Source: Candidatus Parcubacteria bacterium (GTDB lineage Bacteria; Patescibacteriota; Patescibacteriia; CAIXNZ01). From it: a DNA stretch of 64,000 nt. The notes beneath the pieces are model-generated. The model did no database searches. It saw only the letters and a program-made list of their open reading frames with translations, and was not told where the DNA came from. Location of the stretch: assembly GCA_026395685.1 (NCBI GenBank), contig JAPLYG010000005.1, positions 4,126 to 68,125 on the forward strand. The letters are read 5' to 3'. Position 1 is the first letter of the stretch; every line of letters starts with the position of its first letter. Shown here one piece after another: positions 38,420 to 48,596 of the stretch. The position numbers and the translations under genes were made by a program.

Positions 38420-41272
38420 TTAATAATTTCCGACTACTGTTACCGTGATTGTATGAGAATAAACTCCCGCCTGAGTACTGCCGGCAATAGCAGCCAAATG
38501 GCAAATAGTAGTAATATCGTCAGATACCGGGCCGCTATCTTCAGCTACTACTGTATCAGTTTGCGATAATGCTTTTGCCGGACCATCAGTTGCATGCTGG
38601 CCATCATATGATTCACAATCGGCGGGATCAGGATCTGCAGGAATATAATATCCTGAAGTGCTAAAACTTTCGTCACTGGTGGCAAAGCCGTAAGATTCGC
38701 TTCCGGCTGAAACAGTGCCTATTCCTCCGCTTACAGCTGTAATAGTATTACTGCCACTACTCAAATCATTATCCTGCCTTATACTTGCCGCATAACCACC
38801 AGTCCCATTAGTATTAACGGTAATGTTATAACTGCAGGTATTTATATCAGTAGCAGACAAAATATCTAAATCACAACTATTCGATGATAAACTCATACTC
38901 AGTTCTGGATCAACGCTGCCGGTAAGAGTAATTTCCCCTGTAAGTCCCATATATACGCTAACATCATTTAAAACAGGAGTTTGAGTAACATCACTGGAAG
39001 TAAAATTTACCTTATACTGAATGTATCGTCCCTGATTATTGGTGATTTCACTGCCCGAAGCATTTGTCATTTCAGCAGACCAAGGACCCAGATTGTAATA
39101 TCCCTCAGGAAGTTCAATGTTTATCCAGTCAATTTCCAGCTTATCTGTTGGACCGCCTTCATCATGATTAAGTAAATATAAATCAAAGCCTATTTTATTG
39201 AATGATTCAGCGGCATCAGTCGTATATGAAATAGTAACAAATTCGTTTCTTGTATCAGTATATCCGGAATCATAATCCCAATCACCGGTAAACATATATA
39301 ATTCCGCAGTTGCCGGATCAGCCTCGGTTGTTACCTTGACTCTTGCTGTAATAGTCGAACCTCCGGGAAAATAATTTTCTGCTTGTCCGGTATCGATTTG
39401 AATGTAATAATCATCATATTCTGATTCTGGACCAGGATTTATAAAAGTTAAAATACCTCCCGGTTCAGTTGGCGGTAAGGGTTCAGTCGGATTTTCCGGA
39501 TCAGGATCAAAAATACCGCTACCCCATGCAGGAAAAGCAATTGTTCCGTCAATCACATTAGATACATCGCCATCATTAAAGTCATCACGCCAGTATGTTA
39601 ATGCTTCATTGGCTGTATGGACAAAAAAAGTTAAATCAGTATTGGCTGGCAAATTCTCAGTCCAGGCAATTGAACTGAATTTAGTTTCACTGCCAGCATC
39701 ATACACAGGCGAATAATATGTTCCGGAAGTATAATATTCTATTTTTGCTCCAAATTTCTGGGCGTAAATACCAGTTACTGTGTCTGTATCTTGCCAGACA
39801 GCGATAGTTCCGCCACTGCCATCAAATGCAATTGCAGGCGTAGGATACCAACTTGTGGTGGTAGCGACAGTAATTACTGTGCCGGAAGATGTCCATAGTG
39901 ATTGGAAATCACCTGCTATGGTGGAATTAATTTTTTGGGCAAAAACATAATGTTCGGTGATATAATTATATTCCCAGGCTAAAATAGCACCCTGATTATT
40001 GTCTGAAACAATATTAATTCCTGAATCAGAACCCTGTGCGGGTGCGACATTTTCGCCATTTACTCTCCAGGAAATACTGCCAGCTGAGTCGATTTTTTGC
40101 GCATAAAGACGGGAATTGGGAGGATTAGAATATATCCAGGCAATAATAGCTCCGCCAGAACCATCAGTTACCAATTTCTGTTTATACTTTTCTCCGCTGG
40201 CAATACTAATTGCCACTCCATTCGCAGTCCATTGAGGAGTACCTGAAGAATTGACTTTTTGAGCAAAAATATCACCGTTACTATTACGGAAATCTTCCCA
40301 AACAATAATTGCGCCATTTGAACCATCAGCAATAATTTGAGGTCCTTCCTGATTATTGGTTGTTGCAGAAATTGCCACGCCATTAGCAGTCCATTGCACT
40401 GTGCCGGAAGAATCTATTTTTTGCGCATAGACATCATAAGACGTACCGCTGCGATAATCATCCCAGGAAATTATTGCGCCATTTGAGCCATCACTAGCTA
40501 TTTCAGGATTTAACTGATGATTATTTGCTGTGCAAATGACCTTACCGTCTGTAGTCCACAATGATCTGCCCGCTGAATTTATTCGCTGGGCGTAAATATC
40601 TTCATTATCCCAATCACCGCTCCAGGTACTATTTCTGGTATCTACCCAGGTAATGATCGCCCCGCCAGAACCATCAGCAATAGCACTTAAATCACGCTGA
40701 TAAGAAGTAGCATCAGTTACCACGATTCCATTACTAGTCCATTGTACTGTTCCAGCTGAATTTATCCTCTGAGCATAGATATCCTGTTCTCCGCCCCTGG
40801 TATCCACCCAGGTAATAATGGCTCCGCCAAAACCGTCAGTTACAATTCTTAAATCTGACTGAGTGCCTGAAGCATTACTAATAACAACGCCATTACTTGC
40901 CCATAAAGCAGTGCCTGAAGAATTTACTTTTTGGGCGTAAATATCAGTGCTTATTGCGCTACGGTTATCCTGCCAGGCAATTATTGCCCCGCCCTCATTA
41001 TCAGCTACAATTTTAGCCAATTGCCTACTTTCATCTTCTTCAGCAATAACAGTATCGGTAACCCATTTATTTTCTCCAACATTTGTAGGATAACCCATTG
41101 TTAATTGACCTGCTGAGCTGGTAGAATCTACATCAAGCAATAAACCAGACTGAAAGTCGGACTGACTTGTTTGCACCCAGGAAATATCTGCCCAGCTAGG
41201 TTTAGCCAAAAATAAAAAAAATAAAAAAATTACTAAGATAATTATCCTTAAATTGAAAAAGTTTAATTTCAT
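38420..41272 (-). CDS. Large secreted beta-propeller repeat surface protein
   Basis: Signal peptide; about 8 repeats DGSGGAII.W.D.R...DIYAQ.I; acidic beta-rich C-terminus ending GVYSHTITVTVVGNY. Confidence 0.8.
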   Translation of the reverse strand: MKLNFFNLRIIILVIFLFFLFLAKPSWADISWVQTSQSDFQSGLLLDVDSTSSAGQLTMGYPTNVGENKWVTDTVIAEEDESRQLAKIVADNEGGAIIAWQDNRSAISTDIYAQKVNSSGTALWASNGVVISNASGTQSDLRIVTDGFGGAIITWVDTRGGEQDIYAQRINSAGTVQWTSNGIVVTDATSYQRDLSAIADGSGGAIITWVDTRNSTWSGDWDNEDIYAQRINSAGRSLWTTDGKVICTANNHQLNPEIASDGSNGAIISWDDYRSGTSYDVYAQKIDSSGTVQWTANGVAISATTNNQEGPQIIADGSNGAIIVWEDFRNSNGDIFAQKVNSSGTPQWTANGVAISIASGEKYKQKLVTDGSGGAIIAWIYSNPPNSRLYAQKIDSAGSISWRVNGENVAPAQGSDSGINIVSDNNQGAILAWEYNYITEHYVFAQKINSTIAGDFQSLWTSSGTVITVATTTSWYPTPAIAFDGSGGTIAVWQDTDTVTGIYAQKFGAKIEYYTSGTYYSPVYDAGSETKFSSIAWTENLPANTDLTFFVHTANEALTYWRDDFNDGDVSNVIDGTIAFPAWGSGIFDPDPENPTEPLPPTEPGGILTFINPGPESEYDDYYIQIDTGQAENYFPGGSTITARVKVTTEADPATAELYMFTGDWDYDSGYTDTRNEFVTISYTTDAAESFNKIGFDLYLLNHDEGGPTDKLEIDWINIELPEGYYNLGPWSAEMTNASGSEITNNQGRYIQYKVNFTSSDVTQTPVLNDVSVYMGLTGEITLTGSVDPELSMSLSSNSCDLDILSATDINTCSYNITVNTNGTGGYAASIRQDNDLSSGSNTITAVSGGIGTVSAGSESYGFATSDESFSTSGYYIPADPDPADCESYDGQHATDGPAKALSQTDTVVAEDSGPVSDDITTICHLAAIAGSTQAGVYSHTITVTVVGNY

Positions 41273-41396
41273 AAATTGATATCAAATTTGTAAACAATAT
41301 AATACAGTCTTTATTATATCAATTTATTGTTATCCAAGCCATATATTTTAGGCTAAAATTGGGGATAACTTTTTATTCATCAAAAAGACAAAAAAT

Positions 41397-41648
41397 TCAA
41401 TTCCAAGCATTTTTAATTAATTTTAGTTTTTCTTGCCGCGATAATTTCTTTATCTGGGCTTCTGCTTTTGAGGCTGTTGAACGTGTACGATATTTTTTAT
41501 TATAAACCAGCTTAACCGGCCGACGACTGCGCGTATATTTGGCGCCCAGGTTGGAAGTATTGTGTTCCTTTAGTCGTCTATTTAAATCCACGCAAATACC
41601 AGTATATAAAGTTTTATCTCTACATTTGAGAATATATAGATAATACAT
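41397..41648 (-). CDS. GIY-YIG nuclease family protein (UPF0213)
   Basis: YYLYIL.C.D.TLYTG, RRLKEHN, GAKYTRSRRPV. Confidence 0.92.
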   Translation of the reverse strand: MYYLYILKCRDKTLYTGICVDLNRRLKEHNTSNLGAKYTRSRRPVKLVYNKKYRTRSTASKAEAQIKKLSRQEKLKLIKNAWN

Positions 41649-41650
41649 AA

Positions 41651-42115
41651 TTAAGCTTTCTTTAAATCAATTAAATGCTGATACTGCCAATCTCTTTCCT
41701 TGGCCACTTTATTTTCAACATCAGCAGATTTTGTAGCTCTATAAATTGCCTGCTGAGCATAGACAGCAGAACCATAAGCATGTCTAGGGACATGGGCTGT
41801 TGCCACTGCCTGGCCACAAGCGCGGGCTGTTGAGCGGGCAGGATTATCTTCACCCACTTCCCTGGCAGCTGCATGCGCATCAAGCGAAGCTTTACGAATA
41901 ATCTCCATTTTAAAAATTCCGGTTTGTAACCATTTTTGAAGTGTTTTAAGCGCTTGGCGAGGACGCTGATCTTTGGGATTTTTTTTCTCAAAATAAGGCA
42001 AAACGCGCTTGGCGCAATCTATTGCCCAAACAGCCAATGTTTTTTTATCAGTATTTTTAATGAGACTCAACATTTCCTCGTCTTTGTGCGCTAGAGAGAA
42101 TTTTAGATTTTTCAT
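41651..42115 (-). CDS. Imm5-like putative immunity protein
   Basis: LAVWAIDCAKRVL, D.RPR.A, ARACGQAVATAHV, ERDWQ. Confidence 0.75.
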   Translation of the reverse strand: MKNLKFSLAHKDEEMLSLIKNTDKKTLAVWAIDCAKRVLPYFEKKNPKDQRPRQALKTLQKWLQTGIFKMEIIRKASLDAHAAAREVGEDNPARSTARACGQAVATAHVPRHAYGSAVYAQQAIYRATKSADVENKVAKERDWQYQHLIDLKKA

Positions 42116-42703
42116 TTATGCAGATAGAGTTTTCTTTAATATATACTTCTTAAAAACGTAGCTGGAAAGCAAAATATTTATAATCACAAGGTAAACCGGA
42201 AACGCAACTGAGCTAAAATTCCAAACTGTAATTGCCGCAAAACTGGTTGATGAGTTTAAAAGTCCGGTGATATAAGGTGTTACTGTTTCGGTTTTTGGAT
42301 ATTTCCAGGATTTTATAATCGTTGGAACAGCGGCAAACCCATCGGAAGCAATAGCAAAGATTATGGCAATTGACGGCTCTTTAGTTATTCCCCAAAGGAT
42401 TAAAGCTAAGATTGAACAAAGACCGCAAATATAATCAAACTTTTCCAGTTTCCAATAAGAATTTTTATTTATGAATGAGGCCAGAAAAACCAAAAATGGT
42501 CCGAAACCGGACATAAACACAGGCAAAACAGACCATCTTACGCCGGCACTAAGCGCAGCAAAAGTGGCAATCATTGGCGCTACAGACCACAAAAGCCAGG
42601 TTACACGATTAGGTTTGGTGCTACCCGTGAGAGTTTCTTTAATATAAGAAGCTATACCGGCCAATTGTATTATGGCTCCGACTATGACCAGATATTGAAG
42701 CAT
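42116..42703 (-). CDS. Membrane protein (PQ-loop-like)
   Basis: TKPNRVTW and PTIIKSWKYP motifs; start moved to 42703 because the ORF-track start lies inside the tRNA. Confidence 0.75.
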   Translation of the reverse strand: MLQYLVIVGAIIQLAGIASYIKETLTGSTKPNRVTWLLWSVAPMIATFAALSAGVRWSVLPVFMSGFGPFLVFLASFINKNSYWKLEKFDYICGLCSILALILWGITKEPSIAIIFAIASDGFAAVPTIIKSWKYPKTETVTPYITGLLNSSTSFAAITVWNFSSVAFPVYLVIINILLSSYVFKKYILKKTLSA

Positions 42704-42727
42704 AATTTTTTTAAAGAAGTAAAAATG

Positions 42728-42814
42728 CGGAGAGTGAGGGATTCGAACCCTCGAGGGTCTTTCAACCCAACAGACTTTCCAGGCCTGCGCCATAAACCGC
42801 TAGGCGAACTCTCC
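42728..42814 (-). tRNA. tRNA-Ser(GGA)
   Basis: GGAGAGT acceptor stem, anticodon arm caggc-ctGGAaa-gtctg, long variable arm, GTTCGAATC. Confidence 0.95.
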
Positions 42815-42817
42815 ACG

Positions 42818-43489
42818 TTATATCCTTTTAAATTCAAAAACAAATAATTTAAATCTGAGTTTTGGGTGTGTTTTAGTAAAAACTTTTACCAATCTGAATC
42901 CATTTTTAGCCGCTAATATAAATGGCAAATCAACATCAATATCTCCAAAATTTGCCCAACCAAAATATATTCGTCCATTTGGCTTTAGAAATTTTCCAAC
43001 ACCATTAAAAAATCTATTTTTCATTTTATCTTGAGGATCCCAAAACATCCTATCTATATCGTCTTTGGCTGTATGTTTAGTATAAGGCGGATTGCATATT
43101 ATGACATCATATTTGCCCTTTACTTTGGAAAAAACATCTGATTTATAGAAAACAACATTTTTTGTATTAAATATTCTTGCATTATGCTTGCTGTTTACAA
43201 CAGCTCTCACATTTATATCTACGCCGACACCGCTTTTAGCTTTTTTGCCAATAATAAGCGATACGATTCCTGTTCCGCAGCCAATTTCCAAAAAATTTTC
43301 TGACTTAGATATTTGTACGGATTTTGCCATTAATTCAGAATCATAGGAAGTGCCAAATACTCCCGGATAAACCATTATTTTAAAGCCGCAACAATATTTT
43401 TCTTGCATCCCTGCTTTATGCCTTTCTTCTAAACTAATACGCTGCCTGGGAATTGATTGAAAATCGCTTTTTGTAATTATATTTCTCAT
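42818..43489 (-). CDS. Class I SAM-dependent methyltransferase (HemK-related)
   Basis: LEIGCGTG, DIN, CNPPY. Confidence 0.88.
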   Translation of the reverse strand: MRNIITKSDFQSIPRQRISLEERHKAGMQEKYCCGFKIMVYPGVFGTSYDSELMAKSVQISKSENFLEIGCGTGIVSLIIGKKAKSGVGVDINVRAVVNSKHNARIFNTKNVVFYKSDVFSKVKGKYDVIICNPPYTKHTAKDDIDRMFWDPQDKMKNRFFNGVGKFLKPNGRIYFGWANFGDIDVDLPFILAAKNGFRLVKVFTKTHPKLRFKLFVFEFKRI

Positions 43490-43523
43490 AATGTTTTCAA
43501 AAATAAACCGTGTAATTATATTA

Positions 43524-45053
43524 CTACTTTGTCAGCACATAATCAAGTATCATGCGGTCTGTCAGATATTCTATCGGCGCCTTATCATCTGTTAAATAAC
43601 CAAAATTATTGTCATATTTTATTTCCTGAAATTTTTTTGCAGCTAATTTACAGACAAGTTCAAGTTCATCATGACAATTATTCATTAAATTTAACTTTTC
43701 CGGCAATAAATCATTGTCCGAAGCCAAAACCATAAAATTCCAGCTGTCTGACGACTGACGCACCAAATAAACATGTTTAAAATCCAAAAGCATGGTATTG
43801 GTTATATTTTTCAGTAATTTAGAATCAAATGAAGTGGCATTTACGTTCATTGCTACGATTCCCCTATCCTGGAGATGACCTTTAATTTTTTGAAAAAACT
43901 CTCTGGTCGCCAGATGAAAGGAAATATATATCTGATTGGAATAAACATCAATAATTATGGAATTATACTTTTTATCAGTTGAATCCAAATAGCTGCGGCC
44001 ATCGTAATTGTAAACAGTCAGGGAAGGATTTTCCAAGCCGAAATATTTTTTTGCAGTGGCAATGATTTTCGGATCAATTTCCACACCGTCAATTTTTAAT
44101 ACATGATCCTGACTAAAAAAATAATGCAGTTGCGTACTGATGGTTCCGCCTGCCAGACCTAAAATCAAGATATCCTGCTTCTTTTCATTACCGTTGAAAT
44201 ACGGCACTAAATTGTAAAGATCAAAATATGAATCAGTTAAAATACCCTCTCTATTTATGGTGGAAAAAATACCGAGTCCTTCATTAATCAATAAATTTCG
44301 TAAATTCTGGTCATCCACAACCTGAAAATACTGATAAACAGACTCATCTTCAAAGACAGCACCCTGGGCTTGCTTATATAACGGCATTTTCAGGCTTAAA
44401 ATCGGCAAAAGAAGCAGAAAAAATAGCAAAAAAATCTTTTTATTCAATAATCCGATTAAAGCGATAAAAAACAGAATTAAACTGAAAATTACCATAGTCA
44501 GCCTTGTACCCCAAAGCGGTATAAAAACAAGCATGGGTAAAAATGTGCCTAAAATGCTTCCCATTGTAGAAACGCAAAAAACCAGACCGCTGGTAGTACC
44601 TATCCCCTTTTCAATTTCTGAAAGCAGTTTGATTATAAAGGGACTGACTGCGCCCAAGAGAAAAATCGGCAAAATGAACAAGATACTTACAGAAATTAAG
44701 GATCCAACAAAAATATAAAATGCTGAGGAATTTATGGAGATCAGCGCCTGATTTATTATATTAATCAAGAAGGAGGCAGCATATGGAATAAACAGCAACA
44801 AGATACAGGCTGTTAAAATTATTTTGGTTAAAAATTTTAAATCGGGATACTTATCGGCAAATTTACCTCCAAAATAATAACCCAAAGCTAAAGCTATCAT
44901 TATTACGCCAATAATATTGGTCCAGATAAAAGAAGAGGTACCGTAATATGGCGCCAATAGACGCGAAGCAGATATTTCCACAGCCATAATGGTCAGTCCG
45001 CTGGTAAAGGCCAGAATCAAAAGATAAATTTTTTTATATTTCGCAGATAACAT
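43524..45053 (-). CDS. Fused membrane domain / spermidine synthase-like protein
   Basis: SRLLAPYYGTS, STMGSILGT, LGLAGG, VEIDP, DGR, LTDDKAP. Confidence 0.88.
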   Translation of the reverse strand: MLSAKYKKIYLLILAFTSGLTIMAVEISASRLLAPYYGTSSFIWTNIIGVIMIALALGYYFGGKFADKYPDLKFLTKIILTACILLLFIPYAASFLINIINQALISINSSAFYIFVGSLISVSILFILPIFLLGAVSPFIIKLLSEIEKGIGTTSGLVFCVSTMGSILGTFLPMLVFIPLWGTRLTMVIFSLILFFIALIGLLNKKIFLLFFLLLLPILSLKMPLYKQAQGAVFEDESVYQYFQVVDDQNLRNLLINEGLGIFSTINREGILTDSYFDLYNLVPYFNGNEKKQDILILGLAGGTISTQLHYFFSQDHVLKIDGVEIDPKIIATAKKYFGLENPSLTVYNYDGRSYLDSTDKKYNSIIIDVYSNQIYISFHLATREFFQKIKGHLQDRGIVAMNVNATSFDSKLLKNITNTMLLDFKHVYLVRQSSDSWNFMVLASDNDLLPEKLNLMNNCHDELELVCKLAAKKFQEIKYDNNFGYLTDDKAPIEYLTDRMILDYVLTK

Positions 45054-45137
45054 AGTTTAATCTTATAATGATTATCAATCTTCTGCAAATACAAAAGAGC
45101 TTTATCCAAGCCCTTTTGTTATCATATAATCTTGATA

Positions 45138-46109
45138 TTAATTTCCACAACTTGCACTGGCTGAAGTGTCAGTTGCTGCGGCTGCTTCATAGCCAAATCC
45201 AGCGGATGGAGCAGTTGCAGACAATTGTGTTTTGCATTCTTCCGGTTGAGTATTAAAGGCGTTGCAAATAGTGCTTAACAAACTTGCAGAATCTCGGCCT
45301 GCCTCTGCTTGTGCGCCATTAATTACCAAAGTCGGAGAACCCTGAACACTATACTTGGTATTATCATCCTTATAAACATCAAATATCGGGTATTGGCCGC
45401 TTAACCAGGTAGTTTTATCTTTAAAGCTTGCCATTACTTTATATTCATTGTCTGTTTTGCTAATGCAATTTTTTAATGATGTTTCGTCTATGCTAACCTG
45501 TTTGCGGCATTCTTCACTCTTGCCTTCGCCCAAGAAGCATTTTAAATAACTAATAAACTTGTCATTCTGGGTGGTCTTAATGCAATGTTGCGCCAATTCT
45601 TCCTGAAGTTCTTTTTCGCCATGCATGGCATAATCACAGAATTTAACTTCAAAATCAATTTTATCTTTTAAAGTTTCAGCTACCGGAATTATGCCCTTTT
45701 CTATTTGAGTGCCGTATGGGCAATGTGACATTACAAACAATTCAACTTTTGGCTTATCAGATTTAGTCACTTCTGTTGCAGGTGCAGTAGTACCGCTTGC
45801 TTTTTCCTTTTCTATTTCCGCAATATTGTAGGCTTGCGGAAAAAACTGAGTACCATCCTTGGTCATATAAGAATCATACTTTTGACCGCTAAAGTTGACA
45901 ACAACTTTATAAAGTCCGTTTTCTTCCACGACATCTTCAATTGTTATGGTCGTGCCCGGTTGAACCAAATTTTCATTAACAAATTTTTCAGCTTTTGCTT
46001 TGGCTTCCTCCGGAGTTAAAACCTTTGATACCTTCAATAGATCCAAAGCATTACATCCTGTTAAGGTAAACGCCGCTAAAAGAGCGATACCCAATAAATA
46101 CTTTTTCAT
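45138..46109 (-). CDS. Thioredoxin-fold lipoprotein
   Basis: Lipobox LTGC; VELFVMSHCPYG; VQGSPTLVING. Confidence 0.75.
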   Translation of the reverse strand: MKKYLLGIALLAAFTLTGCNALDLLKVSKVLTPEEAKAKAEKFVNENLVQPGTTITIEDVVEENGLYKVVVNFSGQKYDSYMTKDGTQFFPQAYNIAEIEKEKASGTTAPATEVTKSDKPKVELFVMSHCPYGTQIEKGIIPVAETLKDKIDFEVKFCDYAMHGEKELQEELAQHCIKTTQNDKFISYLKCFLGEGKSEECRKQVSIDETSLKNCISKTDNEYKVMASFKDKTTWLSGQYPIFDVYKDDNTKYSVQGSPTLVINGAQAEAGRDSASLLSTICNAFNTQPEECKTQLSATAPSAGFGYEAAAATDTSASASCGN

Positions 46110-46183
46110 ACTCCTATGAATTTAATTATTATTAAAGATGATATTATTTTAACGCAAAACAAATTTTATCGCAAGAGGATAAG

Positions 46184-48430
46184 CTAGATCTTTGCCTTTT
46201 TGAGCCTTAGGGAGTTTAAAACTACAAATAAGGAGCTAAAAGCCATGGCACCGGCTGCGATCATTGGTGAAAGGAGAATTCCCCTCAAAGGGTATAAAAT
46301 GCCTGCGGCAATTGGGATTCCAATAATATTATAAATAAAAGCCCAGAACAAGTTTCCCTTAATAGTTTTTAGGGTTTTTTTGCTTAGATTAAAGCTTTTC
46401 GCTACTTTACTGATATCCCCGGCTAAAATAATAATATCGGCTGCTTCAATCGCCACATCAGATCCCGTACCCATGGCAATTCCTATATTAGCCTGAGTCA
46501 AAGCTGGCGCATCATTAATGCCGTCACCCACCATGGCGACTTTATAGCCCTGAGACTGCAAATCTTTAACTTTGGCGAGCTTATCTTCGGGTTTAACCCT
46601 GCCTTGCCAATCATGTATATTCAGTAACGTAGCAATTACCTCAGCAGTCCTGATATTATCCCCGGTCATTAAAATTGGCTTGATATTTAATCTAGCCAAT
46701 TGCCTCAATGCTTTTGGCGCTTCATCTTTAATTGGATCTGCTAAAGCAATATAACCCAGGTATTTTTCTGAATCGCCTAATAGTAATACGGTTTGGGCGT
46801 TATTTTCTTGCACTGCCACTTCAATTAATTGGCCGTCGCTCAGTACTATTCCATTTTTCTTTAATAAATCATGATTACCCAAGAAGTAAACTTTATTCTT
46901 TATTTTTCCAGTAACCCCCTGCCCTATTTGGGCCTGAAAATTTGTAACTTTGGCTAGATCAAATTTATACTGATTGGCTTTCTCAATAACCGCTTTAGCC
47001 AAGGGATGTTCTGATTTATTTTCTAATGCTGCCGCTATTTTTAAAACATCTTCGGAAGTAAAATTAAGGACCTGAGGCTCACCCTTGGTCAAAGTGCCTG
47101 TTTTATCAAAAATGACATAATCAATTTTTTGCATTTTTTCCAAAGCTTCAGCGTTTTTTATTAAAATTCCTTCTTCTGCACCTTTGCCGGTGCCCACTAA
47201 AATAGCAGTCGGAGTGGCTAAACCCAAGGCGCAAGGGCAGGCAATAATAAGAACTGTAACCGCTATAATTAAGGCAAAAATAAAATTATGAAGCGCCAAA
47301 AACCACACGAGGAAACTGATTATACTGATTAAAATTACTATTGGTACAAAATAACTGGCCACAAAATCGGCTAAGCGCTGAATCGGCGCTTTGCTTGCCT
47401 GAGCATCTTCAACCAATTTTATAATCTGGGCCAAGGCTGTTTCAGTTCCGACTTTTTCGGCAATAAAAGTCAAAGTGCCAAATTTATTTATTGTCCCGCC
47501 GATTATTTTATCACCGGGCTTTTTATCTATCGGCAAACTTTCACCGGTAATCATGCTTTCATCAATGGCTGATTCACCATCGGTAATTACACCGTCAACA
47601 GGAATTTTCTCGCCCGGCCTGACAATAATCGCATTCCCGACTTTAACTTTTTCTATTGATATTTCCTCCTCTTTATCGTTTATTAAAATATGAGCGGTTT
47701 TAGCCTGTAATTTAATGAGACGCTTAATGCTTTCTGAGGCTTTGCCTTTAGCACGCGCCTCTAAATATTTGCCCAAGATAATAAGAGTTAAAATTGTAAT
47801 TGCGGAATCAAAATATACTTCAGGGTTTTGACCGGCGTTTATAATAAGCTGGGGAAATAATGTGGCAATGACAGAATAGCCATAGGCGGCAGAGGTACCA
47901 ACTGCAATTAAGGTATCCATATTAGCCGAAAAATGTTTTAAACCTGACCAGGTACTTCTATAAAATTGAGATCCCAGCCAAATCTGTATCAATGTTGCCA
48001 TTAATAATAAAATCCCGTAAACAAGCTGCCTATCCCAATTTTTTAGGCCGGGTATTAACAAATAATTGCTTAAAATCATTGCTAATACGGAAAAAATTAT
48101 ACCTACAATAAATTTTATCTTTAACTTTTGAATTTCCTGTTCTTTAAGCATTTTGGCATGATCATGTCCGGACATTGCCATTTCATCCTTGCCCCGAATC
48201 TCATTTTCATCAATCAGCTCAAAATTGCCGACACTGCTTGCCGCCTTTTGTAATTTTGCAGTATCCAAATCACTTTCATATTCCACTGTCGCCTTTTCCG
48301 TAGCGTAATTGACTACAGCTTTTTTCACGCCAACAACCTTGTTTAATTTCTTTTCAATATTAATGGCACAGGAAGCACAATCCATGCCCTGGACAAAATA
48401 TGTTTTCTTGATTAGTTTTAATTTGGTCAT
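46184..48430 (-). CDS. copA: Copper-translocating P1B-type ATPase
   Basis: GMDCASC HMA domain, TGES, CPCALG, DKTGT, SEHP, GDGIND, YN...MAFSS. Confidence 0.95.
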   Translation of the reverse strand: MTKLKLIKKTYFVQGMDCASCAINIEKKLNKVVGVKKAVVNYATEKATVEYESDLDTAKLQKAASSVGNFELIDENEIRGKDEMAMSGHDHAKMLKEQEIQKLKIKFIVGIIFSVLAMILSNYLLIPGLKNWDRQLVYGILLLMATLIQIWLGSQFYRSTWSGLKHFSANMDTLIAVGTSAAYGYSVIATLFPQLIINAGQNPEVYFDSAITILTLIILGKYLEARAKGKASESIKRLIKLQAKTAHILINDKEEEISIEKVKVGNAIIVRPGEKIPVDGVITDGESAIDESMITGESLPIDKKPGDKIIGGTINKFGTLTFIAEKVGTETALAQIIKLVEDAQASKAPIQRLADFVASYFVPIVILISIISFLVWFLALHNFIFALIIAVTVLIIACPCALGLATPTAILVGTGKGAEEGILIKNAEALEKMQKIDYVIFDKTGTLTKGEPQVLNFTSEDVLKIAAALENKSEHPLAKAVIEKANQYKFDLAKVTNFQAQIGQGVTGKIKNKVYFLGNHDLLKKNGIVLSDGQLIEVAVQENNAQTVLLLGDSEKYLGYIALADPIKDEAPKALRQLARLNIKPILMTGDNIRTAEVIATLLNIHDWQGRVKPEDKLAKVKDLQSQGYKVAMVGDGINDAPALTQANIGIAMGTGSDVAIEAADIIILAGDISKVAKSFNLSKKTLKTIKGNLFWAFIYNIIGIPIAAGILYPLRGILLSPMIAAGAMAFSSLFVVLNSLRLKKAKI

Positions 48431-48461
48431 ATTGTTTCTATTATAACATTTATCCGACATT

Positions 48462-48596
48462 TTGGTTAATAGTTAAATAGTACTAAATATTTATTGGTTA
48501 AGGTTAAGAGGCAAGTAAGTCTAAAGTGTTTAGTTTAAGTAAAAAACATTACCTTAACACTATTTACCTACCAGCATCTTCACCATTACACTTAAC
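48462..48596. repeat. Imperfect palindrome of ggttaa/ttaacc repeats inside the copper operon
   Basis: ggttaatagttaa...ggttaaggttaag / ccttaacac...cttaacc. Confidence 0.55.

Noticed and set aside
42704-42793. N-terminal extension of ORF 42116..42793
   Set aside because: It overlaps tRNA-Ser(GGA); the start is more plausibly ATG 42703
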